Below, in pieces: positions 49,335-63,140 of a stretch of DNA of 64,000 bases. The DNA lies in the NCBI GenBank assembly GCA_976551045.1, contig CDPCPM010000056.1, positions 18,476,001-18,540,000 of the forward strand, in the 5' to 3' direction. Each line of letters starts with the position of its first letter. Position 1 is the stretch's first letter. The notes beneath the pieces were generated by a model, which was given only the letters and a program-made list of their open reading frames with translations, searched no databases and was not told the DNA's origin. The DNA is from Glaucostegus cemiculus (Eukaryota). Both the position numbers and the translations under genes were made by a program.

Positions 49335-50510
49335 TTTAGTCAGAGCAGAAATTGCAAAGATCTTGGCCACTATTTTGGTGCTTAGATGTGGGGATGGTGC
49401 CATAGGACCTCAAATATTACACCACTGGGAAAAAAGAAAGAAGAGGTTTCAACTTGGCATCTACAGGCTGGTCAGTCTAATGTCAGTGATGGGGAAGATT
49501 TTAGAAACCATAACGCTGGGTAAAATTACTTCACATATGGAAAATTATGAGCTATTAAATACATTTGTTTGTTAATAGTAAAACATGTCTGATTAACTTT
49601 ATTGAGTTTTAATCAGAAGGAACAGGAAGACCATATATGATCTATTTATGACGGAGAGCTTAAAATAAAGTGCAGCTTGATAGGCATTGGTAGCTTAATA
49701 CGTGGAAGTAAAGGGACAATGGATATAAATCTCGCTAAGAGACAATGCAGAGAATATTTGCTAATTGTTGTTTTTCTCAGAGGGAAGGAAGTGTGCATTG
49801 ATAACCCTAGGTGTCAGAGTTGAGAGTGCTGCTCTGTTTGATGACTTGTACTTCATGTTCAGGGTATAATTTCAATGATTGTAGCTGAAATAAACCTGAG
49901 AAATATTATGACAAATGGGGAGGATAGTAATAGAGATAAAAAAGGACAAAGACTAGCAAAGGACATGAGACAGATAAAATTTAGCTAAGAGTCCAAGTGG
50001 TAGATAGAATAAGGAGGAGTGATATTAAGTTATCAAACTTTAAAGGAAAGCAGGAACAGTGAGACCTGGTATGTACATCTGCACAACTCCTTGAAAGTGT
50101 CAGATCATGTTATAAGAACAGCTTTGGCTATAGAGCAATAAAGTACAAAAGCAAGGAAGTTATTACTAAACATGTAAATCACAAGTTAGGCCACTGGTGT
50201 ATTGCAGTGAATTCTGGATAGCACACCATCGACAGGTCACCCAAGTCTAGGGGAGGGTGAAGTAATGATTTATTAGAATGGTTCCAGAATGAGAGACTTG
50301 AGTTATGTGGAGAGACTGGAGAGGCAGATATTGTTCTCTTTAGAACAGAGAAGGTAAAGGAGAGATTTCAAAAAGTTATCCAGAACTAGGTATGGTTTTG
50401 ATGGAATAAATGAGGGGAAACTGTTTTCAGTGCAAAAGAATTGGTAACTAAGGGACAACGTCACATGTTCATTGGCAAAAAACCAAAGGCAACACGAGGA
50501 ATGAGTGAAA
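49335..50510 (+). mobile_element. Old CR1 RT-domain fragment
   Basis: RAEIAKILATI...GIYRLVSLMSVMGKILETI resembles NYRPVSLTSVVGK.LE. Decayed downstream ORF2 sequence to about 50500, with a tail piece at about 51050-51220. Confidence 0.75.
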
Positions 50511-52449
50511 ACAGACTGAATGGAAATACTTCCAAAATAGAATTCAACACGGGCTGTCCCCCATTTATAGATGTTCATAAATCTATTTTGTCCATCAGCC
50601 AGAAAATACACTAAATCGCTCAGTATGATAACCGTACCCCCACAGTATTGAAATAAATGGTGTTGATGAGAGCCAATTAATATGAACATTTATTTATTGT
50701 CTTCCCCTGCCTGGTTCAAATACTACAGAATTATGATGTCGCAAGCTCAATGGTTGGTTTCAACCATTGTATGGGCTTGATGTATCAGTAGATGTAACAT
50801 TGTTTTATGAGTATCATTGTGCAAGTATCAACAGAAGCAATTGCTTGTCAATTTCCAAAGCAACTCTCTTAAGTGGCCTCCTGCGGTGAAACTGGCGGCC
50901 TGTTTACTTACGAGACAATGGTATCTGATCACTGCGGGGAGGTTACATCTAAACAGGATTTCTTTTCTCAAGACTGGTTCTCATTTGAATTTAATATTTA
51001 TGGGAGCTCGTTCATATGTACAGGTGTCCATAAGTCAGGTGCTTGTAACCCAGAGAGACCCTTTAAACATTATTATCATAAAATATTTATATTAAAATAT
51101 TTAACTTTGAATAAGATTTACATGCTTAAAGGAAAAGGCAGAAGAGTGGGGCAACCAATGGGCAATCTGGGCATGTGCATAATGGGCTAAATGGGCCAGT
51201 CCTGTGCTATGCTATGTTTCCATTGCACCAATAAGACATTATACTGCACCATGCTAATCATCTGTGGGGTTTCTCTGAGTGGGATTGCCAGATCCATATC
51301 TCCTTTTGATGGAGATGGCTGCCAATTCAATTGAGATTCCAAAATGTATTTCTCTAAAGTTCCAAGCAGCTAACTGTGCATGAAAGTTTCCAAACTACCA
51401 AAATGTAGGAGTCACCATCATGGATGCATGAAACATGTGATTCCAAGAGTTCTCTGACGCCATTTCCATTCTGAGATGAATTATTCTTCTATTTGCTTTG
51501 TTTTACAGATAGATTTCTGCATGATAATAGGTCCAGGAGACAGGAATCAACCTTGTTACACTGCTGGAGTTGTACTGGAGCAGTCAGGTTTTGAAGAGAT
51601 CTTCCTTCTTGTGTCTCTGAAAAGTAATTTCTTTTTTGATGCTTCTGAAACCTCTATGTTTTACTTTATTGAACTATGGGTGTCCACATTTTTTTCGATG
51701 TTTCATATTTATATATCTGCATTTCAGGCATGTTCGGTTTGCAGGAGCACAAGTTTACAATGAAGCAGAAGATGCCATAATCTACACTGGTCTGATTGTT
51801 TACAATAGTTTTGTTTTACCTTGGATTGGAAAAAAAAGTGCTTGGGTCTTGCAAGAAAGAAAATTATTATTTGCAAGTAGCCTGAATCAGCTTCATTTTG
51901 TAAATTATTGGCAGGCCCTATTTTGGTTCTAGATGTAAGCCCAGAGTTTCCCATGGACTGCAAGATACTGCCTGCTGTGGCTGGCTGGGTTCCTGGCAGA
52001 GTGATTTGATTTAATAACGTAAAATCACATTGCCAGGGATTACCAACCTGTCACCAGCTAATGCCGACAACTCCTTGCAGAAAAATGCATTTTGCTATTA
52101 GGGAGCAAAGAATTGTGGATTTTTCCACATTCTTAACAATTAAGGAATGAACAGACACAAAAAAGGCTGAGGACATATCTGGTTTGCCATCTGCCTTTCT
52201 GATGGTAACGTGGCAGATATATTGTGCTCTCAGATATTAAGATTGAGGAACCTCTCAAACTTTTATGATACCCTCGTGGAAAGATTGTAATTAGGCAATA
52301 GTGTAAAATGCACAGCATCATTTGGTGATCCATTAAACATAACCCCTGAGTACTGTTTCCTTTGAAATTAATGAAAATGAAAATCAGGAAACAGCTATCA
52401 GGAATTTTACCCTATTGCCTAACAACACCCACAAATCAAAATCAGCTAG

Positions 52450-52640
52450 GTTCGATATAACATTTTCAATGTAGGTGTTCCTGAGGAACGCTATTAAATA
52501 AGATTTGCAACCAGGGCAGATAAGGAGATAAAGGGGCAGATTATCAAAAACTTCTTCAAAGAATCAGATTTAACAGAGCATCTTAAATGGAGTTAATAAG
52601 GTTTAGCAAGAGAATTACAAAGGTTTAAGTCTTTGGCAAA
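52450..52640 (-). mobile_element. Old L2 3' end
   Basis: taaggagata...gattatcaaaaacttcttcaaaga...gagcatcttaaa...ggtttag.aagagaattacaaag mirrors the L2 3' end at 24560-24700. Confidence 0.5.
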
Positions 52641-52994
52641 TGAAGGCATAATATTTTTCCAGTGTTAACTTTGGCTTGAACACAATCGATAGTCAGACGG
52701 GAGCTCATGTTTGTGTCCTTGGTGTGCTGCTTACCTTCAGCTGTAATAATTGGGTGGGTGGTAAGGAACAAGACCTGGGTTAAGATTACCCCAGTAGTTT
52801 TCCTCAAGAATGGTTTTATTCTAAAATACACCTTTAATCTAATGCATTTATTAGAGTGGCCAGCACATCTATGTGAAAGGATTATTTGTACAATCAGGTG
52901 ATCCTCAGCTTGTTCAGGGCCTTAATGGGACTGAGAATTCTTCAGTGCAACAATATCAGCTTGAAAGAAGTATTGAAAATCAAGAAAATTATAA

Positions 52995-53103
52995 TCGCTG
53001 GAAATCTGAAACAAAACTAGAAAATGTTGGGAATGTTTAACAGGTCGGGCAGCATCTATGGAAAGAGAAATAGAGTTATTGTTTCAGGTCAAACACCCTT
53101 GAA
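52995..53103 (-). mobile_element. PLE terminal-repeat arm
   Basis: gctggaaatctgaaacaaaactagaaaatgttgg...caggtcgggcagcatctatggaaagagaaatagagttattgtttcaggtc. Confidence 0.8.
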
Positions 53104-54924
53104 AGAAAGAATTATTAATGTTGTAAGGAAAACGTGAAAAGGATTGCCAATTCATTTTAAGGCCATAAGCTCACCCATTCACATTGCCAATTGGCCATTC
53201 ATTTCCTATAATTTTCCAATCAGAAAGATTGGAAAGTGGGTTCCTGCCTTAAAATGGAACAAAAATCGCAAAGGTAACTCAGTTATTAACTTCTGCATCA
53301 AAACTGCATCAGGGTAAAAATTGCTCAAGATCACCTTCAGAGAGAGAGAACCAGAGAGGACAGAGTTAATTGTGCAGGTATAAAATCGAGTCTTCCCTAT
53401 CCGAGAAAATATATCATGACAAAATATACTCCTGTGTTTAGTTGCTTGTTTGAAGCTCCTCCTTCTGGTTTATATCAAAAAAGGACTGAGACTGTTGACT
53501 TCTATCGAAAAACAAAAGCAAATTCTGCCTTGTCTGCATCGACAGGAGGAGTGAGCCTGTGTCCTTGATGTGCCAGTGTTTTGTTTGCTGCTCACCTTCA
53601 GCTGTTTCAGATTATGAAATGCATGGCCACGTGGAGATACTGAGGGAGCCTGCAGGAGGGATTTTGTGTCTGAGCCCTATGCGGTGAAGGACTTAGCTAA
53701 TTCTGTGAACAGATCTTTGAACGCCTTCATGTTCACAGTGGCTAAGTTCCGCACCTCAGGGGTTGAACTCAAGAGGATTTCCGGACTTCCATTTGCAGTT
53801 CATATGTCAGTGCAGGCTTATGTCAGTCGGTCCCCAGGTCTTGCTGGTGCTAATTATTCTTCTTGTTCTGTGTGATTCAATGCACTGTTTTCCAGAATGT
53901 TTGAATTCAACAGGCTGATTAAAGCAAGGTGGAGTTAAGTGGGGATCTTGGGTCCGAATGCAGATATCCCATTTTTTCTCAGAATACTCTCCATACCTAC
54001 CCAAAAGTCATGGCAATATCAGCTGCACACATAACCTCAACCAGACCAGTGTCACTCACTCACAAATTGTGATTATATTGCACATCCCTGGATAATATCA
54101 TGAATTCTTCTTCATTATTTATTTCCAGCCTAGGTACAGTTTCAGACTATTCCAAACTTATGGTGAGAAGAAAAATAATCAGTTTGCCTGCACTTAAATT
54201 CAGGTTATAGAGGCAGGATATCAACACGAAATCCTGCCCTTTCTGCACACCTGCCTCTTCCACTACGACTGCACCACAAATATTTTAATTTCTTCTGTTA
54301 CTTGTTGCATCAGTCCAATGCTCAATAACTTACTTGTATCAGCAGTACTTAAATAATTTTTGAAGCCACAGTGATACATACAGAAGTATGCAGAAGCAAA
54401 AGTGACAGGTTACTGCAGGAATGTCTTATAGTACTTTGAAACAAGAGAGGAAAACTACAGAAGCAGTGTTTTTTTTAAAAGATTTAGCAATAAATTAAAT
54501 GCACTTTTTGTTTGAGAATTTTACTCAAAGGGCCAAGGCGCATAATATTCAGTCAAATAAAGGTTGATACACAAATCAGCAGGTAGTGATCAGATAAAGC
54601 CAAGCGAGCATTTTGGAGCCTATAGCTGGAAGAGAAGAATGCATGAATATCTTAGTATTCCACATCATCAAGGGCTTGTGGAAGAAATACTTCAGATGAA
54701 TAAGTTCATCTGAATTTCACTGATGATGATTGAAACTGGAAGGAATGATGGAAGAACAACAAGAAAAGAAAGTCCATAGGATTACTAATAAAGAAGGGGC
54801 AACAAAGTGGAAGAAGGCCACTGTGAGGACAGAGGTAGGAAGATGATGAGGGATCAGTTGTCATACAATCAACATTACCTTGCAATCAGTACCAGAGGGC
54901 AGATGTTTATGAATGAAAATCAAA

Positions 54925-55227
54925 AAAATGTAAATGCTGAAAATCTGAATTAAAAAACAGAAAATGGCAGAAACGCTCAGCATCTGTGGAAAGAGAACCA
55001 GAGTTAATGTTTCATTTCAAAGATTGATGAGTAAACCAGGAGGCCAGGAAAAGCCAAACTTGTATTTCAGAGTGCAATAGAAGGAAGAAAAGAATGCAAG
55101 AAGTATCCTAATAAGTCCATGTCAACAAGGGCTAGTGGAAGAATTAATAGAGTTTTGATGAAGCATCTTCAATTTGAAATGTTAACTCTTTCCCTTTCCC
55201 AATTTGAAATGTTAACTCTTTCCCTTT
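54925..55227. mobile_element. PLE terminal repeats in inverted arrangement, with a 30-bp tandem duplication at 55170-55227
   Basis: Left arm atgctgaaaatctgaatt...gcatctgtggaaagagaaccagagttaatgtttca; right arm GAGTT-tTGATGA...GAAAtGTT-AACTC. Confidence 0.7.
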
Positions 55228-57591
55228 GACTGTGGACTTTAGACACTGTCTAGTACTATGAGAAGAAAATAGTGTTATCTATGAATGGAAGCTCCATTAC
55301 ATCAACAGCAGAGGCTAGAGATAAACTAACATTAAGGGAGGAATCATCAGGTTTAAGCAGGGATATTTGATGCAATGTTCAATTAAGAGATCTGATCAGA
55401 AGGAATGTGAATTATCAGCTAGTAAGGGTGATGTTTTATATCCTGTAGAAATGACCATTGACATGGAATGGAAGCAGAAAGCATGGGGAAGCCATCTGCT
55501 GCACAATAGGTGGAACGACCAACAAAAATGAGGGCAACATTAAGTCCCATCAGGGCTAGTCCAGACATCTTTATATAAAGTTTTATTTCCATTCCTGGGA
55601 CACATTTAAAAAGAAATCTCTTAAAATCAATTCATTGGATCTGGTTCCAAAGGGTCTGGAAAATTTCTCCTCAAGTATTAACAGAGATATCAAGTAAAGC
55701 AGAAGTAGTCAGACTAAATCTATGGAAAAATAATAATGTAAGTGAAGAGGGAATGATCTAAGCTCACACAACATTCTGTGCCATAAAACATTTTAAAGGT
55801 TTGTTTTTAGTTTAAGAACAGGGCTTACTCAAAACACCTTTTCACACAGAAAATTGATACTTAGGTGCTAATCCGACATAACCATGCAAACAGTTACTGT
55901 ACCTCAGTTAAGGTACAACACATCATGAACTTATAATGAATCTAAAAATGCGTTATAACTCTTTCAATGCTGACGTAATGTTTGACATTAAAGGGATCTG
56001 CTAAAAAAAAGACCTTAATGTTGTGAATTCTGAGAAAGAAAATTTCAATACAGAGCTGTTTGTTTTTGTTTGTTAGAATTATCAATACATTTAACTTTTA
56101 TAATTATAAAGTATATACAACACAGAAACAGGCTAGTTGCAATAGATCTATGCCACTGTTATTCCACAATTCTCCTATAGCTCTTTGCAAAATGTGAATA
56201 TAAAAATGTGAAAATGTGACTTGGGAATACAAAATTAAATTATCACATCTAATAGTTATGAACCTCCCAGTAAATGGATTGACTCGATTCCCACTTGAGT
56301 ACATTGAATGCAAACAAACTCTCAGTGTCAGGAGACCATGAAAAACCACTTGTTTCTAGCATAGAGGTCTGTTATTAAACTAATTTATTTGTTGCTTGTG
56401 AATTAATTGTAAAAAAAATGTTGTAGTGGAAAAAGGATACATTTTTCAAAGTTTACATCTCTTTGATAAATACAAAAACATGTACCAAATGATGCAAAAT
56501 ATTAAAGAAATCATGATGATGGAAGTATCAATGTCCCCTTTAATCTTTCTACTTCTATGTTTTCAAAATACTGGTTAGAGGTAAAATGTTTTGTTTCGCA
56601 TTTCCTTTTCTGTGGCAGAGGTTAGGATTGCGTGGCATTTGTGGTACTGGAGAAGTGAAAATGCTATTAGAGACAGGCTACCATAGAATATGTCTGTCCC
56701 GAGAACTCCAGCCAAAGGGCATCAGAGCATGTTTAACACGTTTCACCCAGAGGAAGAATCATCCTGAAGCTCAAGAGCCTCCTTTGCATTTGGCATAAAA
56801 AGTTATCCCTGGGGTGCTGTTGATATTCTTTGATTGATAGGATGTTGGAATCATTACCTAGACTCACTCTGGGCCCTTAAAGGTTGCATAAGTCATAGTT
56901 TATTTCTAAAAGTAGAGATTTCTTCAATCAATGACAGAGTGTGCCCTTTGAAATATGTTTTAAGACAAGCTTGTTTTTATCTCTGTGTGTATTATGTTTT
57001 GTTTGGATTGTGCAAATATGAAACCTAATAAAACTTTAACTATTGAAAATGTGGCGACAAAGGATGACTGAGAAACCCCAGCAAATTTACAGATCTAATA
57101 GTTATAGTGTTTTACAACATATAGTGCCACGTGGCGATTCATCTGAATATGATTCCTCCTTAAACTCCAAACTTCCTGTATGCGTGTGTCCACACACTGA
57201 TGTATTCTCCTCAATTCATCTCCACATGAACAATACATTTCAGGGTGGGTTTATGCCCACTGAAATCGGGCATTAAAAGTAGCTCCTATCACCAGGAGAT
57301 TATGTTGCATTGCTTATTCCTGCTATAAATAAAACAGAAATGTTAACATGGGGATTTTTTTAACTAAAATATTTTTTTACCTAATAAGTTAAATGCATTT
57401 ATCTGACTGTTTTTATGACATCAGAATTTTCCTAGCAGTACTTTCTAAATGCAACCTTAAGGTTAGTTATAAAAAAGGGATGTATGAGAATTTGCTGCCT
57501 AAAGATTAGTATATCCCATTTGGTAAAATTGTTAATAGTTACTTTATGCTCAATCGTACCTCAGCAACCTGGTCGACTGGCACGGTGGATC

Positions 57592-57892
57592 TGGGCAGGC
57601 ATGGTAGCATAGTGGTTAGCATAATGCTTTACAGTGCCAGCGATCCAGGCTCAAATCCGGCCACTGTCTGTAGGGAGTTTGTACATTCTCCCCATGTCTG
57701 TGTGGGTTTCCTTCGGGTGCTCCGGTTTCCTCCCACATTCCGAAGACGTACAGGTTAGGAAGTTGTGGGCAAGCTATGCTGGCGCCAGAAGCGTGGCGAC
57801 ACTTGAGGGCTGCCCCCCAAAATCACTACACAAAAGGTGTATTTCACTGTGTGTTTTGATGTATATGTGACTAATAAAGATCTTATCTTATC
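57592..57892 (+). mobile_element. Full-length tRNA-derived V-SINE with Rex1-like tail
   Basis: A box TAGCATAGTGG, B box GGCTCAAATCC, V domain, tail GTATTTCACTGTGTGTTTTGATGTATATGTGACTAATAAAGA(TCTTA)n. Confidence 0.92.
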
Positions 57893-60800
57893 ACTTGAGA
57901 ACAACAAATTTTGCTTAGAAATTTCCCCGTGCAAGTTATCACTTTTAATTTATTAACCTTTCTATTTAAATAGCAGAATAGAAATGTAAAATATTATTAC
58001 ATCTTAGGCTGATGTGTCACTGAGGCTGGAGTAAAGGTGGACTGGCACTGTTGGACTGCCAGTACTGTTTCAGGTAAAACTAAAGGGTGATTATTTTAAG
58101 TAATGGTACTTTGTATAAGAGAGAGGACTGTGAAATTGCATAAGATATAATGCAGATATCTGACTCAATAGCTTGATATTGATTCATCTGAGTTGCCATA
58201 TAGTATTAAATGCTTAACAGAGACAGGAAGGTGAATTGTATTAATTCTATTCTTCCTCCACATTATTGTTCAGAGTGGCAAAAATGCCCCCAACCATAAC
58301 ATCCCCAATTTCTAGTCTCTCTGAATGAAGCAATTGCGGAGCTTTACACATTACTAAAACATTTCTTGTTTAGAAATAAGGACTGGCTCTCCTTTCGTAA
58401 GGGAACAGGATTTGGTAATGACTAATTCTGAACATGAATTGTATTGATTAAGTCATTTTTGAATACAATAGACAAATGTATGACCATGTGGATTGGTGTA
58501 TTGATCTTAAATCTATTTAATATTAACCTTTGTTTAATTTCCATTGATTGGGAACCTTTGATTTCCATTGAGGAGTATATCTACTAAGAGAAGTCCTTAA
58601 GAGTCCTGACTTTGCTAAACTTTCTTGGACATTTTCCCATTTCTGGCCAGCCCTCTTACCATTCTACCCCAAACCCTACAGCTACTAATATCACCCAGAC
58701 AGTTTATTTTACTCACTGGGCATTGCTGGTAGTAAATTGATAGCATCCTGATTAATAAATTACCCGTAATAGGATAATGATCCGTCAGATTAACTTCTTT
58801 TTTCTTGGTCAGAGGCTCTGTAATATAATGAGCAACAACAGAAGGGAAGATCATAGTGGGTTATGCATTCCTGAAACTGTATCACAGTATTGAATAGCCG
58901 ATCACATAACATGTAGCATTGCATTACAGATAATTGTATAACACCTAACAGTGTTCGAGTCGAGTTTTAACCTGTGCCTGAATCTCCAAAATACTTCTTT
59001 TAATCCAAGTTATTCCATTCCATCAAGCCTACTATCTATCAACCAATTATTCCAGCCCTGGTATAAAATGGCCAAGTCCCTAGAAGACACAGCTCCTCTG
59101 GTTGTAATGCTAATCTATAGCAGAGAAAAGTATTTGTTTTGTAGATGTTGCTTGAATACATCTAGGTTACCAACTAAAACAATGTTGACAACTGGAGAAT
59201 CTGGGCTCAATCTCCTGTGCCTACTGAGCTGATAACAGTTGATATTGTCTGCACTGGCTCAGTTCAGCAGGAACAGGAGTTGTTCCCCTTTGACCACCTG
59301 AGATGGATGAATACACTGAACTTCCTTCTTTGGAAATACAAGAAGAACAACACAGACTCAAACAAATGGAGGGAGTTCTTGGCCCCTCACCTTTAATGGA
59401 GACAGCCTTTATTCTACCTTAATATGGTTCCCCTGACTTCTACCAGTGTCTCCCGATAACAAATCCACAAAATACTCATCAAATCCAGAATGAATTGCCT
59501 TTCAGAGGTGCAGATCAAAGTACTCACAATACTTTTATGTTATTGCTGATTCAAAGCTGTAAGCTTCTTCATAAGATTTAATTGTTTTATATTTCAGCCA
59601 TACCCATGAGTGTGAGGGTAATAATAGGCATAGTCCTAACAGTTTATCTAGCATTATAATGCAGTGCACTGGAAGTCTGACTTTGTACCACACAAATCTA
59701 TATCTGGATCCAGGGTTACCACATACAGTTCCACAAATGGTAAGTTAGCAATCTCAGCAAAGAATTGGAAGTCAAGCATCCCATATAGGGAGGGGTCAAT
59801 GCCGTAGCAACCTTTGCAACTTTTTAGAGGTAACATACTCATCATTTTAGCCATTGAAGGTTCATTCAAAGGGAAAATCTTAATGAAGAAAAACATAAAG
59901 CAATTCACAATTTTCTGTATGCAATTACATTATTCTTTGTTGCTCTCAAGTAGCAAATATTAGAAATAATTTTCAAAGAATGTAGTGCTTTTATTAAAAA
60001 TGTGCACACTTAGAACCTGCTGTGTTGATTAAATGACAACAACAAAATGCAAACATTTGAGCGAATACTTTGCTAACCAATCCAAAGGGTCAAAATTCCC
60101 TGTCCAGATCGACTTCTATAAATAAAATTACATAGTTTTCTTCTTTTTCTCATTTGGGTTTGCTCTTCTAAAGATGTCATTGGATTATTTGAGGATCTGG
60201 GGTAAATCTCATGATGTCACTGAGAAGAGAGAAAAGATAGAAATCAAATTATATATTGAGGGTTTTAAACAATGTAGAATTGATGTGGGATGAATAGTTT
60301 TCCAAATCCCACGATCCATGGAGATCTCTGCTTGTTGCACACATTGGAACCACAAACATGTTCTCTATGCTAATATACTCTAAAATGGTAACATTTTTTA
60401 GTTGTCAATTTAGACCGAAGATTAGCCTAAAATTTTCTCAGGCAAGATAGGAACTGTCTCACGGAGAAACCATTTTTTCCTGAATTTATGGAGGATCATT
60501 GTCCCTGTCTCTTGTGTTATCCAAAGATTTACTGCACAAAGGCAGCAGTGTATTTTCCAATCTGTTTTCTGCAAGCAGGACGATGATGTAACTGATGACT
60601 TCTTTAAAAGTAACTTCTCGAAAAGAGACACGGCTGGGTCATTTTTATCCTGCTTTTCATTGCCTTTCATATGTGGTGACTTCGTTTTTGGGCAGTTGGT
60701 TTGGCTTTAGAAAGACCAAGAGAAACCATGCTGAGCTTATCAAAGGGCAAGAACAAATATGTTCCATAACTTTTGGTGTGAACCAATAAAGCTGATTCAC

Positions 60801-61872
60801 TAAGTGACTGCTTCATTTGAACTTTTCACTATAAGAATGAGAAGCCTAAAGGAAAGAAAAAACATGTTAAATTTCATTGTTACCACTTTGTACAGATTTT
60901 CTGCTTTGTTGCATGTACAAGTACCAGGCACTACCAAATCACATCATACACTTTCCTACTTTCCCCTCCATGCATGACAAATTACACCTTCTCCAGATCA
61001 CAAACTAGAACATCCCAACAGATGAATGTTAAAGTGAGTGGCTCAGTCATTGCAGTGTAATGTTACAGTATAATTTTGTTACAGGCATAAATTTGTATGG
61101 CCCTTTCAACTGCTATGGAAGGAAAAAGAAGCACAGGATATTCTTCCCACCTGGAGACAATCAGCCTTTAGAAGATACTGAAGACATTAGCAATTTTCTA
61201 AGAGTACTGAAAGAGACAATGAAAATAATGCCTGATTCTTAACATAGTTCAGCTGCTAGTAAATCTGTAGAAAAATACAGCCTTAGGACTTTGGATGCAG
61301 TTCACAGTAGGTGGTAGTTCTGCCTAAAGACTACAAATTTGGTTTAATTTAACCATGGCTCCAACTGTAATGGTCCCATTGGATCCAGTTGTGTAATGTT
61401 CAATAAATCTGTGAAAAAGTGAAATTAATGTCAATTTACAGGATTCAGCAAAGTATTTCTCAAAATTTGAATTGTTGCAATATTGTTACTTAATAAATAC
61501 TGCTTGCCCAAAAACAAAATTTCATTACTGTAAGTCTGTAACAATGACTTAGTTTATTTTTGATTTGCTTTTGGTGACTTCTCTATTCTTTGAGATTAGT
61601 TCAAGTCCGTTGAGAAGTGGAATATTTTACTACAAGTTATTCCTATGAGTCATGTGTAGTAGACACCTGTGCTCTGCATATGTGCTCTGCATACATGCAT
61701 AGTATACATGTGCAGTGCACATCATAGTATACGTGTGGGCGGATCAAGAACAGGAGGTCACAGCATGCAGCTGGGAGAATTATACAACATGGCAGCAAAC
61801 AGTGATGTGAGCATCACTGATGAAGTTTCTGTCATCCTAAGCATTGGGAATTTATACTTCTCATACTATTTC

Positions 61873-62143
61873 ATGGAGACAAGGCTATTCAGCCCATCTA
61901 GTCTCTGCCAGCTGGCAGAACTATCCCATCAGTTCAATTCTCCCACACATTTTCCTGCAAACTATTCTCCCTCAGATGCCTATCGACAGCTCCCAATTCT
62001 CCTATTACACACCCACACTGGGAACAACATACAGTAGCCAATTAACCCACTAAAGACCATATCTTTGGGGTGTGAGAAGAAACCAGAACATCCAAGGGGA
62101 GTCCATAAAGTCACAGAGCAAATGTGCAAACTCCACACAGACA
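61873..62143 (-). mobile_element. HE1-like V-SINE with CR1-type tail, 5'-truncated
   Basis: gcaaactccacacagaca, aagaaaccagaacatcca (V domain reverse complement), cagtagccaattaaccc, tail ggctattcagcccatc. Confidence 0.8.
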
Positions 62144-62789
62144 GGGGAGGGGAGAAATGGTGGGTGAGAAGATGGTGAAGATTCACACCCTGCCCAGCGG
62201 CCTCCAACTGACACAATTCCATAGGGATGGAATTGTGTCCCAAATTTCCAGACCTGCCCTCAGGAGTTCTAAGTGATGTCCTCTCCATTGGTCCGCTGGA
62301 ATTATGGTCCTATATTGGTATTAAACTGGCACCAGCTAAAACGTGCAAATAGAATAGAGACAGGTTCAACGTAGATCTGAATAAATAACATTCATCTGGG
62401 TAAGTAAATGAAGAAATAAATAACCCATATTAAAAAGAATTGATTTATTAAAAAGAAGTTTGAATTTATGGGATGATTCCAACATCCAGCACCATGCATG
62501 CTTTCCCACCATTTCCTGAGCCATTCCCCCTCTGACCACCATTTTCCATTTCCTGAGCTATTCTCCCTCTGAACGTCATTCTCCATTTCATATTACTTCT
62601 TTGACTACCATTCCCCATTAGTAAGAGCATATTGCAGAATTACCCCTTTATCATCACTGTGCAGATCCATCATTTCTGTTCAACAGCAAGGCACAATTAT
62701 TTTAAAAAAGTGACCATTTAACCATCGTTGATCAATATTGCTAGAGCTGTATTTTCTAAGACCTTGAAGACATAAAATGCTGTGGTCAG

Positions 62790-63140
62790 AAAACCTGGTT
62801 CAGTTCTGGGTAGCTAATCCCAAGTAAAGTATCCAGACCTTGGGAATGGTGCGGGGAAGGATCATGTTGTTCTTTTATTTCCAGAGGACGGCATCAGTAA
62901 GCAAGATTGGGCAAAGTGAGAACCTCATAATTATGGAGGGAGTTGAATGGGATAGAAGGGCATGAAATTAGTGGAAGAGTTTAATCCAGGGAAGCAAGGA
63001 AGCAATTTGGTAAACAGACAAATACCAGGAAACATTTATTCTTAAAATGTGTAATTAATACCTAGGGGCCTAGATTCCTGAACACGAACAGCTACTTGGG
63101 CTGAATCTCCTTCTTCTGTAGTTATCTCTGTGATCTTGAT
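62790..63140 (+). mobile_element. Very old CR1 3' end
   Basis: gttcagttctgg...aattatggagggagttgaatgg...ccaggaaacatttattc...ttgggctgaatctccttcttctg...tgtgatcttg. Confidence 0.45.

Noticed and set aside
53596-53880. GC-richer block with a minus-strand AG|GTGAG donor
   Set aside because: The frames I checked contain stops and no acceptor or homology was recognised. It could be regulatory but is unsupported.
57592-57665. tRNA gene
   Set aside because: The A/B boxes belong to a SINE head; there is no cloverleaf and the sequence continues into the V domain. The same applies to 14992.
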